From the NCBI GenBank assembly GCA_046482545.1, contig JAWOEX010000039.1:136898-200897 (forward strand): a DNA stretch of 64,000 nucleotides, given 5' to 3'. How positions within the stretch are numbered: the stretch's first letter is position 1; every line of letters begins with the position of its first letter. Under the pieces are notes generated by a model. It worked only from the letters and a program-made list of their open reading frames with translations, ran no database searches and was not told the origin of the DNA. The translations under genes and the position numbers were made by a program. Source of the stretch: Candidatus Thorarchaeota archaeon (GTDB lineage Archaea; Asgardarchaeota; Thorarchaeia; Thorarchaeales; Thorarchaeaceae). Below, in pieces: positions 10,468 to 20,550 of the stretch.

Positions 10468-10896
10468 TTACTGCGGTGTCTTGCGGGTTCCTAAGTAGTA
10501 GCAGCCGCTGAACATAATAGCTATGCCTACTAGCAAAACAATTAGCATGAAATTTTGTGTTGGTATGTCTGTTGATAACAAATACCCTGCCAGAGAAATC
10601 AAAACTACAATGAAACCAATTGCGGCAACTATTCGTCCTGGACGTGGATTGAATTTCATGAATGGAGGAACATCTTCTTCCGTTGATTTCATTTCATGTT
10701 CAATCTCAACATCATCCCCAAAGAACCTCTCGCCATCTTCAGTGATATAACCGTCAAGCTCTCCCTCTTCAACTAAATGTGTAAGGTAGTCCCTTACAGT
10801 TTCTAAGTCCAGATTGAGTCTTTCGGCCATGACCTGGATGGAGGTCAGATGCTCCTTTTTCACTACCTCTAGCAATTTTTCCTTTTGGGAGGTCAT
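10468..10896 (-). CDS. Winged-helix (PCI/DDRGK-like) protein with two C-terminal TM helices
   Basis: MAERLNLDLETVRDYLTHLVEEGELDGYITEDGERFF wHTH pattern followed by two hydrophobic helices; ATG at 10896 (alternative TTG at 10941). Confidence 0.55.
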   Translation of the reverse strand: MTSQKEKLLEVVKKEHLTSIQVMAERLNLDLETVRDYLTHLVEEGELDGYITEDGERFFGDDVEIEHEMKSTEEDVPPFMKFNPRPGRIVAAIGFIVVLISLAGYLLSTDIPTQNFMLIVLLVGIAIMFSGCYYLGTRKTPQ

Positions 10897-10941
10897 AAGT
10901 ATTCTCACTGCCTCTAGCAATTTCCTCTTGTGAGAGCTCAA
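10861..10941. repeat. Imperfect 36-bp direct repeat (45-bp period) duplicating the start of the wHTH gene
   Basis: 10861-10896 vs 10906-10941 are 28/36 identical, encoding MTSQKEKLLEVV and LSSHKRKLLEAV. Confidence 0.7.
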
Positions 10942-10968
10942 AAACTTGTTGCTTGGATTCTCGGTGAC

Positions 10969-11433
10969 CTATTTACAGCCAAAAACCGCTTTTCCCCATA
11001 AATTGTCAGTGAACTTTCGCAATATCTCATCGATCCACTTCTTTTTGACAGCCTCTTGTTCATCAAAGTCTCTTGTGAACAATATATAGCCTTCAAAGAA
11101 CTCTACCGTTAGGGGCTCAGCTGGAATCACATCAAGGATTTACTCCAAGTAACAATCCGGTTTGTTGGCTTCTTTACAGACGAAAAATGTGGCGAGTGGA
11201 CTCTGAGATAGAGCTGACTGTTTCTCCGATACGAACTGGAGAATATCATCTTGTACCTTGCCCCCGTATACTGCAGAGTCAAATACCACCCTATCATGAG
11301 ATTTTGGAATCATTTTGCTAGGCCTGCCGGCCTCAAAATGAACTTTATGACTCTTCAAAGCACTGGGTAGTCACTTAACTGTTGATATGGTAGCTTTCTC
11401 CCGCTTACTGGAGTATACAACTCCAACTTTCAT
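10969..11433 (-). pseudogene. Flavodoxin-domain (HemG-like) pseudogene
   Basis: Single frame MKVGVVYSSKREKATISTVK*LPSALK...DSAVYGGKV...LATFFVC...YLE*ILDVIP...GCK* with internal TGA (11371-11373) and TAA (11140-11142). Confidence 0.7.
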
Positions 11434-11556
11434 TTGATTCAACCTGCCTGTATGAATATTGCTTTCTAATGATTTAGCAAGAAGAGGGATTCTTCGTGAT
11501 TAGTATCTCCTAAAGAAAACACATGCCTTATCAAGCGAGATTCTCGAGTAATCATA

Positions 11557-12225
11557 GTGATTTCCATGGATGATAAGGAAGACATCTCGGTTTCAGCACC
11601 CGAAGAGTGGATGGGGGGTTGGAACAGACACTATGGTGATTTGCTTGAAAGCCAAGATGAACAACTCCTTGACTTCGTGCCCCCTCATCCAATAACCCGC
11701 CTTCAACACGCGTTTAAAATTGAAGAAATCGATGCTGAAGAAATTGAAGCTTTGGAGCTTGCATGCGGAGATGGCAAATCCACATGTACCCTGGCAAAAT
11801 GGGGAGCATCAGTAACTGCAATGGACGCACTCGATTCTGCGGTCAAACTTTCAAAGAAACGTGCCAAAATTGTCGGTGTGTCCGATCGCATCAGATTTTT
11901 GAAGGGAGACATAGACTCATGGCCGATTGGAAGCAGCAGCTATAATGTTATTGTAGCAATCCAAATCCTTCAGTACCTCTTCGAGAGAGCGATACCAAGA
12001 CTTCAAGAAATAAAGAATGGTGTACGGCCTGGAGGCTTCTTGGTATACTCTGGCAATGTCGAACCGCACTTTGAGACGGATCCCGAAATCCGATTTATCA
12101 CAGAGACAGAGCTCACAGAAATATTAGAAGGCTGGAAGATTCACAGTATCGGAAAAGAAGAGGTCCTCATTAGAGAAGAAGACCGGAGGGGCTACATTTG
12201 GGTTGTAGCCCAGAAGCCCCTTTGA
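11557..12225 (+). CDS. Class I SAM-dependent methyltransferase (TehB-like)
   Basis: ALELACGDG motif I, acidic residue after beta-2, RPGG. Confidence 0.85.
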   Translation: MISMDDKEDISVSAPEEWMGGWNRHYGDLLESQDEQLLDFVPPHPITRLQHAFKIEEIDAEEIEALELACGDGKSTCTLAKWGASVTAMDALDSAVKLSKKRAKIVGVSDRIRFLKGDIDSWPIGSSSYNVIVAIQILQYLFERAIPRLQEIKNGVRPGGFLVYSGNVEPHFETDPEIRFITETELTEILEGWKIHSIGKEEVLIREEDRRGYIWVVAQKPL

Positions 12226-12232
12226 TATTCTG

Positions 12233-12751
12233 TTAACGGTTGTCTTGGAAAAACATCATGTCGACAACTATGGCTGCAGTCACACCATGAAGCCAGTCCA
12301 TGTACTCTCCAACTGTGACTCTGAATTCATCCCGTACACTAATGACTTTTTTATCCAGCTTAAGGGCGAAATGCCCTAAACTACTGTAGCCTTCAAAGCC
12401 CCAACCCAAGATTCCGCCGTCAGCTTTGATTACCTCATCACGATAGAGGATTTTAAATTTCTTGCCAAAGGAAAACCAAGGCCGCTCAATAGCACCGACG
12501 ACCTCACCAGATGGTTCTATAAGTTCGAATTTCTTCTTGAAAAAACCGCTCTTCGCGGTGAGTAGCCTGTTTTCGTTTGGATCTTCGATGTTGATGGTAG
12601 ATCTCAGAAAACTCATCCATGTCTGACGACCAATGGCGACCTTCTTATCGGTGGCTTCCTCGTAAATCTCATAAACTGGTCTCAGCGATATGATCTTCTG
12701 TTTGACTCTGAACTGTCTCTGTTCTGTGGGTGTTCCAGTGTCAGTCTCCAA
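12233..12751 (-). CDS. LURP-one/scramblase (Tubby C-terminal-like) family protein
   Basis: F.VKQK..S....Y.I pattern, repeated beta hairpins, K...S.RD.F.V, terminal hydrophobic helix ending in D. Confidence 0.75.
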   Translation of the reverse strand: METDTGTPTEQRQFRVKQKIISLRPVYEIYEEATDKKVAIGRQTWMSFLRSTINIEDPNENRLLTAKSGFFKKKFELIEPSGEVVGAIERPWFSFGKKFKILYRDEVIKADGGILGWGFEGYSSLGHFALKLDKKVISVRDEFRVTVGEYMDWLHGVTAAIVVDMMFFQDNR

Positions 12752-12812
12752 TGTACCTACTTCCTTGGATACCCTTTTGTTTCGTTCCTAATAAACAAGA
12801 TTTGCACAGATA

Positions 12813-13478
12813 TCAAGAGGTCCTCTTCACTGCAAAAGTAATTCCATCGCCAATTGGGATGATGGTGCTCTCCAAATCTCGGGAATGTGCAACTTTCTTA
12901 TTGAAGGTATGTATTGATTCCATCCTAGCATCCCAATTCTCTCTATCTTGGCGCAATGGAATAAAAGCATCGTCAGCTAAGAAGAGTCCTCCAGGCTTCA
13001 AGACCCTGATGCATTCATCTAATAGGAGAGGGTATAGTGTTTTGTCAGCATCTTGAAAAACTACATCAAAGGTTTCAGACTCAAATTCGGTAATCAGTTC
13101 GGAGGCATCACCGATTCTCACTTCGATAGAATCCTCCAATCCAAGCCTTTCAAAATTCTTTCGAGCAAATTCAACAATATCAGAATCTATCTCTAGACTT
13201 GTAACATGGCCACCATGAGGTTTGATGGCATTTGCAATTGAGGATGTTGAAAAGCCGATACTCATGCCTATCTCAAGAACATGCTGAGCGCTTACAAGAT
13301 GCAATACAACTCTGAAGAAATCCGCCACCTCGTCTTCTATCACTGGTACAAAGTCATCTGTGAGTGTTCGATCTATGTATTCCTGATGTCTGGGTCGCGG
13401 AGTGTCTGCATAAATCCGTGATATGTAATCTAGTGACTTAGAATAATCCATGCAATCTAATCCCGTAGTCTCTGACAT
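12813..13478 (-). CDS. O-methyltransferase (COMT/caffeoyl-CoA OMT family)
   Basis: VLEIGMSIGFS, FDVVFQDADK..Y, LKPGG, IPIGDG; start placed at MSETTG (or 13451). Confidence 0.88.
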   Translation of the reverse strand: MSETTGLDCMDYSKSLDYISRIYADTPRPRHQEYIDRTLTDDFVPVIEDEVADFFRVVLHLVSAQHVLEIGMSIGFSTSSIANAIKPHGGHVTSLEIDSDIVEFARKNFERLGLEDSIEVRIGDASELITEFESETFDVVFQDADKTLYPLLLDECIRVLKPGGLFLADDAFIPLRQDRENWDARMESIHTFNKKVAHSRDLESTIIPIGDGITFAVKRTS

Positions 13479-13662
13479 GGACACTTCTGTACAAAACCGT
13501 TTGCCTTGTATAGAAGATTGAGCAGCCGCGTTCATGCAATTGCTGAAAATGAGCAAAAGCATTAGTGACTGGACTAGAGTTATCCACAAGAAGGATGCAG
13601 TAGCCACAAGGCAACGAAGAATGGACAGTAACTTCGCTGCCCTGTGATACTGTCTGTTCCAA

Positions 13663-14727
13663 TTACTTCTCGTAGAAGTATTTCCCTTCGGAGTAGATTA
13701 CCTCATCTCCTGCCAGCACTTTTCCTTGCTTCATGTTTTTTATCATATCAACATGTACGGCACTGTCATTAGTCCCATTACAGTCCTTGTATGCTCTACC
13801 CAAAGCGCAATGCACAGTATCGCCTATCTTCTCGTCGAAGAGCATGTTGAGCGTATACTCCTTAATGCCACGATTTGTTCCGATAGCCATCTCACCAAGA
13901 TAGCGAGAGCCTTCGTCCGTATTGATGATAGACTCCAGTACTTCTTCGTTCTTTTCCGCCGAGTAATCAACAACTTCACCGCTTTCGAAGACAAGCCTTA
14001 CGCCTTCGATAACCTTGCCCTGCTGCATAAACGGAATATCGAAGTAAATCGTGCCTTCAACGGTATCTTCGACAGGTGCAGTGAAAACCTCTCCACTTGG
14101 CATGTTATGTTTTCCATCGGATGCTACCCAGATTCGTCCTTCGGTTGAGGCTTGGAGATCTGTCTCGGGTCCTACAAATCGGACATCATCGTGTCGTTCC
14201 AGATGCTCTTTCATGAGATACATATTCTCACTTGCTTGTTCCCAATCGATGAGTGTAGCATTGTATACGAAGGTCTGGTACTCGTCTAGGCTCATATTGG
14301 CTTGTTGAGCCAATGTTCGGCACGGATGGACGGTCCCGCACCATCGCTTATCCATGATGATATCGCTTAGCTCTTTGCGTGTCTTGCGGGAAATCATTTG
14401 TCTTTTCGGATCAACATTGGCCATAGCTTTGGTGTTTACTGGCGAGCTGACACCGATGAATACGTCTGCAGCTTCAACCGCAGCTTTCTGGTGCTTTGGG
14501 AAGATTTTCAGTGTCTCGTCCGATGCTCCGTCAAAGAAGGCTCTGGAGGCCTCTTCGCTTGACATCAAAACCATTGGAACTGCGCCTGCCTTGGCTATTT
14601 CGCGGTTTAGTGCGACAACCAAATCATGGGCATCAGGGTGCGCTCGGATTATTACCATGTCGCCTTCTTGGACTTCGGTAGACCATTCGACAAGAATTTG
14701 TGCATGTTTCTCAATTCTCGAATCCAT
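13663..14727 (-). CDS. Aminopeptidase, M29 family (AmpS/AmpT-like)
   Basis: NMPSGEVFTAP, LGEMAIGTN, LFDEKIG..H.ALG..Y, SAVHVD. Confidence 0.92.
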   Translation of the reverse strand: MDSRIEKHAQILVEWSTEVQEGDMVIIRAHPDAHDLVVALNREIAKAGAVPMVLMSSEEASRAFFDGASDETLKIFPKHQKAAVEAADVFIGVSSPVNTKAMANVDPKRQMISRKTRKELSDIIMDKRWCGTVHPCRTLAQQANMSLDEYQTFVYNATLIDWEQASENMYLMKEHLERHDDVRFVGPETDLQASTEGRIWVASDGKHNMPSGEVFTAPVEDTVEGTIYFDIPFMQQGKVIEGVRLVFESGEVVDYSAEKNEEVLESIINTDEGSRYLGEMAIGTNRGIKEYTLNMLFDEKIGDTVHCALGRAYKDCNGTNDSAVHVDMIKNMKQGKVLAGDEVIYSEGKYFYEK

Positions 14728-14959
14728 AGAATATCACAACAAATAGAATCTGAGAATATGCAGGTGATATAGATTCCGAATGCAGCGACAACATATTGAA
14801 TCTCAAACTAAAGAGTCATACAAACAGGGATACAAATGGGGTTTCCAACTATTGGCACCTGAAGACTCGGGAAGTTGGTATATCAGCTGTGTAGATGGCT
14901 CGTTGAGCACCGGTGGGGTTTATCTTGTTATGGTGGCCTTTACTGATACGACTAATCTA

Positions 14960-15290
14960 TAGACGAATTTTCCGTGGGTATTTTATGCGTTCTTTGAGAT
15001 AGTGGTTGTGACTGCTATTCTCAGGTTCGTGGGCAAAGGCTGGAGACTTGACTCGCATAGAAAGGATGAATTCATCAAGGTTGACACTAGTTTACTTCGG
15101 AGCGTTGTTGTCAATGACGAATGAATCATTTTCGGGCCACCTCAATCAACATTAGGTGAGGCGTGACGTGCAGACTTGTCTTTCGAGACTATCAAAGAGG
15201 AGGGCAAGTGAATTATCGAGAACACACAAAGCAATGATATCACTCGAAAACGGTTGTCGGACTATGACGGGATTGCCATAATCGTGGCGA
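14960..15290 (+). pseudogene. Decayed tandem paralog of the 15446-15952 membrane protein
   Basis: Frame from 15071 reads FIKVDTSLLRSVVVNDE*...FETIKEEGK*IIENTQSNDITRKRLSDYDGIAII, aligning with FTEVDTSQLHRVVIDN...FERIDKKSNWVIVDERGNDITDKKLSDYHEITRI; several internal TGA stops; 5' boundary approximate. Confidence 0.75.
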
Positions 15291-15445
15291 AATACGGTTC
15301 GGAATGCACCCGAAACTATCACATCGAGAGTAGGTCTTACTCCTCGATAGAAGACAGCGTCGAATTCTATGGTTGCTCATGAACCACTCTCATGAAACAG
15401 CACTTTTGCAGTTAAAACATAAAAGCAGAAATGTCGGAAATGTAA

Positions 15446-15952
15446 GTGTACGTAGGAGGTCCAAGAATATTGGATTACGAGTCAATTAAGAATCTTGCCA
15501 AGCTCTTTGTGTCAGCGTTTGTTGTTACCGTAATGTTCATCTTACTCTATCCGTTCCTAGGGCCATATCTATTGTTCTCGAGCTTGATGAATACCCCATT
15601 GGGGTTGTTTGTGATGGCTTTCACTACTGCGCTGGTGGCAGTCACACTTTTCTCCTATGCGAACAGCCGAATTGGTGCTGCTGATCAAAGAGACCGTAGT
15701 TTCACCGAGGTTGATACTTCTCAATTGCACAGAGTAGTTATTGATAACCTCACCGGTGAAGAAAAAGTAATCTCGGGGAGTCAAGATGTAACATTTCGAT
15801 CGGCAGCTCAGAAAAACTGGCCTTTTGAAAGAATAGACAAAAAATCAAACTGGGTAATCGTAGATGAGCGTGGAAACGATATTACGGATAAGAAACTAAG
15901 CGATTATCATGAAATCACCAGAATACAACTGAAACATGAAACCAGTGGGTAG
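15446..15952 (+). CDS. Hypothetical membrane protein (2 TM plus small soluble domain)
   Basis: Intact ORF with two hydrophobic segments; the adjacent decayed paralog supports coding status. Confidence 0.7.
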   Translation: MYVGGPRILDYESIKNLAKLFVSAFVVTVMFILLYPFLGPYLLFSSLMNTPLGLFVMAFTTALVAVTLFSYANSRIGAADQRDRSFTEVDTSQLHRVVIDNLTGEEKVISGSQDVTFRSAAQKNWPFERIDKKSNWVIVDERGNDITDKKLSDYHEITRIQLKHETSG

Positions 15953-16011
15953 TGAGGGTAGCACAAAGGCACTGGAAGTCGGTTCATAGATATACCCGAA
16001 ATTGTGGATTT

Positions 16012-16659
16012 CTAGCCGCACTGCCTTGACCGTTCAAGCAAGTTCCTGACTTCTTCGTCAGTGGTCTGCGAGAAGTCTTCATACCAAGCCCCGACTCCAA
16101 AGAAAGGAGATGGTGTAACAAGACTAACTGTATCATCAACCATTGAGTCGAGTTCCCTTAGAGTGTCAGGAGGTGCCGTTCCCACAGCTACCACCAAACG
16201 TTTTGCACCAGCTTGCTTCAATCCTTTGACTGCAGCCCGCATAGTAGCCCCAGTAGCCATTCCATCATCAGCAAGAATTATCGTCTTGTCCTCAATGTCA
16301 GCCTCGAGTAGGGCGCTCCCATACTGTTTCTGGCGTCTTTCAAGCTCTTTCTGTTCCTTCTGGACTACTTGCTCGATGCTCTCTTGTGTGAGATCCGCCC
16401 GGTGTACCATATCTTGGTTGATGGTCTTTATTCCACCCGAAGCAATAGCTCCGAATGCGACCTCTTGGTTGTATGGCAAGCCAAGTTTCCGCACAATTAA
16501 GACATCTAACGGAGCATCCAAGCTTTCAGCTATCTCATACGCGACTGGAACGCCGCCTCTGGGAAGTCCCAAAACCATCACATCGTTTTGGTCCTCGTAT
16601 TCAGCAAGTTCCTTGGCCAGCTTTCTGCCTCCTTCACGGCGGTCTTCAAAGCGATTCAT
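16012..16659 (-). CDS. Phosphoribosyltransferase family protein
   Basis: LPRGGVPV, VRKLG.P, ADDGMATGAT PRPP-binding loop, WYEDF.Q..D.EV. Confidence 0.9.
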   Translation of the reverse strand: MNRFEDRREGGRKLAKELAEYEDQNDVMVLGLPRGGVPVAYEIAESLDAPLDVLIVRKLGLPYNQEVAFGAIASGGIKTINQDMVHRADLTQESIEQVVQKEQKELERRQKQYGSALLEADIEDKTIILADDGMATGATMRAAVKGLKQAGAKRLVVAVGTAPPDTLRELDSMVDDTVSLVTPSPFFGVGAWYEDFSQTTDEEVRNLLERSRQCG

Positions 16660-16870
16660 GGCCCATCATTCTCTTGACGAGCTTTCTTCCTCTCCTGATT
16701 TATTCTTAGGTTTGGTAATTCTATTGGGTTGAAAAGGCGAAAAGTAGAGCGTTGGAAGAAGCTCAAATCCCTCTCAAGTCCATTTTCCAGCGGTAGGGTG
16801 TTCAAAATCCTCTGGAAAATCGACTCGCCAGTCACTATAAGAAGACTGGAGGGAATCAGTGCTACGTGCG

Positions 16871-17134
16871 TTATTCTACGAGAAATACCTCATCATGCTT
16901 GCGTACACGGTTCTTTACTTTGATAGCTATCTCTTGACCTGGCTTACCTGTCTCAATTGGGTCACGGTCGACTTCCATCGAGTCGATTTTCTGCTCGAAA
17001 TCTGTAGTATGACCTTTGATTCTGACTGTGTCACCCACGTTCAACTCATCTTCAAGCATGATTGCGGCAACGTCTATATTCGTGAAATAATGTGTGATTT
17101 CTCCAACTTTTCTCTCCATGATTTTCATCCACAC
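16871..17134 (-). CDS. Small EF-Tu domain-2-like beta-barrel protein
   Basis: VG.ITHYF..I.VA, L.VGD.V.I.G..TDFEQ.I.SM, G.EIAIKV..RVR..D.V. Confidence 0.75.
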   Translation of the reverse strand: MWMKIMERKVGEITHYFTNIDVAAIMLEDELNVGDTVRIKGHTTDFEQKIDSMEVDRDPIETGKPGQEIAIKVKNRVRKHDEVFLVE

Positions 17135-17189
17135 TCCATAGGTGGTTCCTACCTAGAAAAAGTCTTTGTGTTGCACAAAAACTGATTTT

Positions 17190-18185
17190 CTATCTAGGTT
17201 TTACAAATCCACGCCACTCAACCATATCTTCAACAGTAGATACCAAGCCCCATTTGGAACGGTACCCGAGCTCTTCACGGATTTTGCTATCGTCAATGAT
17301 GTACTCCGAACCAAACATCTTTGCCCTGAAAGCAGTTAGGAGAGGAGCATTGTCTCGCCCAAACGCTCGATACAGTGACCCCAAAAATCCCCCCACAGTC
17401 TTGGCCAGTCCATATGGAATCTCCCTAAATGATGGTTCGACATCAACTTCCTCTGCTATCGCTTCCATGAGCTTTCTGAACTCACAGGTAAATGACGTTA
17501 CGTTGAATGCTTCATTTCTGGCTGACTCGAAATTCTCTGCGGCCACAACAAGACCACGCGCGACATCCTCTGCATGAACGAAACTCTGTTCATTGCTCCC
17601 GTCGCCAAAAACGACCATGCTCCCCTCTTCAATCCGCTCAATAAACTGCGGACCCGTGAACAGGTCTCCTTCACCGAGAACAACAGGGGGTCTGATCATC
17701 GCCGCTTCAATACCATAATCAGCCACGTATCGGCGAATCAATTCCTCTGAAGCCAGCTTGGACTCTTGATATGCGTTGGCTGGATTCTTTTCCCAATCTT
17801 CCGTGATAGGCTCAGAAGTCTCCGGAAACCCATATACCGCGGTAGAGGAAGTATGCAATAAGCGAGGGATGTCCTTTCGACGAATCACTTCGAGTATGTT
17901 CTCTGTTCCACCAACATTGACCGGAAAGAAATGCTCCTTGTCTCCCCAATCGGCCATGATGGCGGCGTTATGAAACAACCACTCTGTTGAATCCGGAATA
18001 CCTTCCAGAAGGGTGTCCAAGTCAGTAACATCGCCCACAGTCGTTTCATATTCAAGGCCGTCCAAGAGATTTAGGCTTGAATCCTCTCTGATGAGGATGC
18101 GAACGTTGTGTCGATTTTGTCTGAGTTGTTTGACGATGTGATGCCCGATGAAGCCGGTAGCCCCGGTAACAAAGCAATCAGCCAT
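17190..18185 (-). CDS. NAD-dependent epimerase/dehydratase (3-beta-HSD-like extended SDR)
   Basis: TGATGFIG, H.AA, YQESK, RP..V.G. Confidence 0.88.
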   Translation of the reverse strand: MADCFVTGATGFIGHHIVKQLRQNRHNVRILIREDSSLNLLDGLEYETTVGDVTDLDTLLEGIPDSTEWLFHNAAIMADWGDKEHFFPVNVGGTENILEVIRRKDIPRLLHTSSTAVYGFPETSEPITEDWEKNPANAYQESKLASEELIRRYVADYGIEAAMIRPPVVLGEGDLFTGPQFIERIEEGSMVVFGDGSNEQSFVHAEDVARGLVVAAENFESARNEAFNVTSFTCEFRKLMEAIAEEVDVEPSFREIPYGLAKTVGGFLGSLYRAFGRDNAPLLTAFRAKMFGSEYIIDDSKIREELGYRSKWGLVSTVEDMVEWRGFVKPR

Positions 18186-18282
18186 TGATATTCATTGAAA
18201 TAACGAAACACCGCATCTTAGGTCTTTCGAACACAAGGTATAATGGGTAGTAGTAAGCGATAGGAATAAACTAGGTGATAAG

Positions 18283-18615
18283 ATGACTTCGAAAGTTTTA
18301 GTGATAATAGCAAGCTCAAATGCCGATACTGCTCTGGCAGGAATGATGTACGCACGCAATGCGATTGCTCACAAATGGCTGGATGATGTCAAGGTCGTAT
18401 TCTTCGGCCCATCCGAAGAGCTGCTGGCTTCCAATGAGCAGGTTGCCAAGTCTGCAGCCGCTCTTGCTGATGTTTCTGAACCACTTGCCTGCAAGTATAT
18501 CTCCGACCAGCAAGAAGTATCTGAGGATATTACTGGATTGGGAGTAGGTGTCGAGTATGTAGGCACGGTCGTCTCGGATTTCATCAAGCAGGGATATACT
18601 CCTATGGTTTGGTAG
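18283..18615 (+). CDS. DsrE family protein
   Basis: W.DDVK.VFFGPSE, PLAC, G..V.YVG...S..IK.GY.PMVW. Confidence 0.75.
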   Translation: MTSKVLVIIASSNADTALAGMMYARNAIAHKWLDDVKVVFFGPSEELLASNEQVAKSAAALADVSEPLACKYISDQQEVSEDITGLGVGVEYVGTVVSDFIKQGYTPMVW

Positions 18616-18760
18616 TAGCAGTTCTGCGATCAATAGGCGAATTTCAACCTCATTTGGAAGCTACAACATGAGACATCAGGCATGAGGGCTTTGTCTTTCT
18701 CCTCAATCCCGCTCCACATGTTCTTCTTCAAACATGTTCAATATTTCGCCTTTGGAGCTA

Positions 18761-20185
18761 CTAGTGATGGTGATGTTCATGACCACCAAGCGGAGCTAGA
18801 CTGCCGGCGGCCCGCTGAACGACCTCCGAAAGCGCTGGATGAATGTGAATGGCTCGCAGCAAAGGTACGAAACTCTCATTCTGTGTATACATAAGATTGG
18901 CAATTTCTTGGATGAGTACAGGAGCATGGGGTCCGATAATGCTAGCTCCAAGCAACCTACCTGATTCTTGATCTGCTATGATTCGAACAAAGCCCTCTGG
19001 ATTGCCCATAGCCATGCCTTTTGCGGTATCGATGTAGGGCGCCTTGCCAACAAGCAATTCATGGTCGGATTCCTTGGCTTCCCTCAATGTCATGCCAACT
19101 GTAGCAATTTGTGGGTCGGAGAAGACGGCTTTAGGTACTGCGTGATAGTCGGCAGGAACAAGTTCTTCGTCACTAACATCCGGGTCATTGATTGACTTGA
19201 CCATGTTGTGCCAGACCATTTGTGATTCATCATTGGCCATATGACGGAACATGTGCTTGCCAATGGCGTCTCCAAATGCCCAGATTCGTTCCTTTGAGGT
19301 GTGGAAGTAATCATCTACGATTATCCATCCGTTCTCGTCCGTGTCCACACCGGTATTCTCCGGCTTTAGCAGATCCGAGTTCGAACGACGACCCGTCGCA
19401 ATCAGTATTTCCTCAGCTTCAAATTCTAGCTCTTTCCCGATCTCCCGATTCTTGGCAATTGCTTTTTTGAGATTGCCTGACTCTTCAGCATGCACTACTT
19501 CATGGTTAGTATACACATGCATACGCTTGGACAGCTCAGACTTCAATAAATCAGAAACATCATGATCTTCATCAGGTACAAGATAGGGATTCCTTCCTAG
19601 GATGGTCACATCGGTTCCAACAGCAGAGAAGAAATGTCCAAATTCAGCTGCTATGTAACCGCCCCCCACAATAATCAATGAATCAGGTTTCTCCGTAATC
19701 TCTAGAATGGTCTTACTGGTATGGTAGTTGATATCATCAATTCCATCTATGGGAGGTATGAGGGGTCTGGCCCCACTGGCTAATACGATGTGCTCGGCTC
19801 GAATCTTCTCACTGCCAACCTGCATCGTGTAGTCGTCAATGAACTCGCCGGTCTTATTGTAGAAATCGTAGTTCTCGGTTTGAGCAACAGATTTCTCAAT
19901 TTGCTCAGAATCACCCCATGTCTCTTCGTGCATTCGCTCCATCAAACCCTGAAAATTGACCTCATCAACGCTCGCCTTCAGGTTAATGTCTTCGGACTTC
20001 TCGATTCTCCTGATAGTATCAGCAACATACACGAGAATCTTCGTGGGTATGCAACCCCGATTTAGACAGGTACCACCAAATCTTCCGTTGTCAATAATAG
20101 CAACAGACAGACCCTGTTGATATGCAGGTGCTGCCACATTTGCTCCAGCTCCAGATCCGACTACTAACAAATCGTAGCGCTTCAT
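18761..20185 (-). CDS. Pyridine nucleotide-disulfide oxidoreductase (dihydrolipoamide dehydrogenase/mycothione reductase-like)
   Basis: VGSGAG, GGTCLNRGCIP, GGGYIAAE, HIHPALSE; ATG at 20185. Confidence 0.9.
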   Translation of the reverse strand: MKRYDLLVVGSGAGANVAAPAYQQGLSVAIIDNGRFGGTCLNRGCIPTKILVYVADTIRRIEKSEDINLKASVDEVNFQGLMERMHEETWGDSEQIEKSVAQTENYDFYNKTGEFIDDYTMQVGSEKIRAEHIVLASGARPLIPPIDGIDDINYHTSKTILEITEKPDSLIIVGGGYIAAEFGHFFSAVGTDVTILGRNPYLVPDEDHDVSDLLKSELSKRMHVYTNHEVVHAEESGNLKKAIAKNREIGKELEFEAEEILIATGRRSNSDLLKPENTGVDTDENGWIIVDDYFHTSKERIWAFGDAIGKHMFRHMANDESQMVWHNMVKSINDPDVSDEELVPADYHAVPKAVFSDPQIATVGMTLREAKESDHELLVGKAPYIDTAKGMAMGNPEGFVRIIADQESGRLLGASIIGPHAPVLIQEIANLMYTQNESFVPLLRAIHIHPALSEVVQRAAGSLAPLGGHEHHHH

Positions 20186-20307
20186 GATTGTTAAGTTTCT
20201 GAATTGTATGATAAAGATAGTGGTCTGGAAAACGGAAACCTCACCTATGCCAATGTTTTTCACCACAAATTACAGGTTATTAAATATAGTTAAGAGAGGT
20301 GTTCATA

Positions 20308-20550
20308 ATGGAAGTAATCGAAAAAAGAGTTGCACAAGACAAAAACACGGTTATGAAAGAAGCCAAGGATTTCTTTGAAGGAAGACTAGGTCTCTCTCTT
20401 CGTGATGAAATTGAAAATTGCTGTCTTGAATTCAATACAGACCTTGGATTCATCAACGTTCAGGTAAATGAACGAAACGGGAAAACAGCAGTCACGCTTC
20501 GAAGCAGGGAATACGAAAGACAAGCTAGAGAGTTCCTCGACACTCTATAG
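20308..20550 (+). CDS. Small hypothetical protein
   Basis: ORF with GAGGTG upstream of ATG 20308; protein-like composition. Confidence 0.55.
   Translation: MEVIEKRVAQDKNTVMKEAKDFFEGRLGLSLRDEIENCCLEFNTDLGFINVQVNERNGKTAVTLRSREYERQAREFLDTL

Noticed and set aside
11371-11373. In-frame TGA as selenocysteine
   Set aside because: The same frame also contains a TAA, the position is not a Cys-type site, and no SECIS was recognised.
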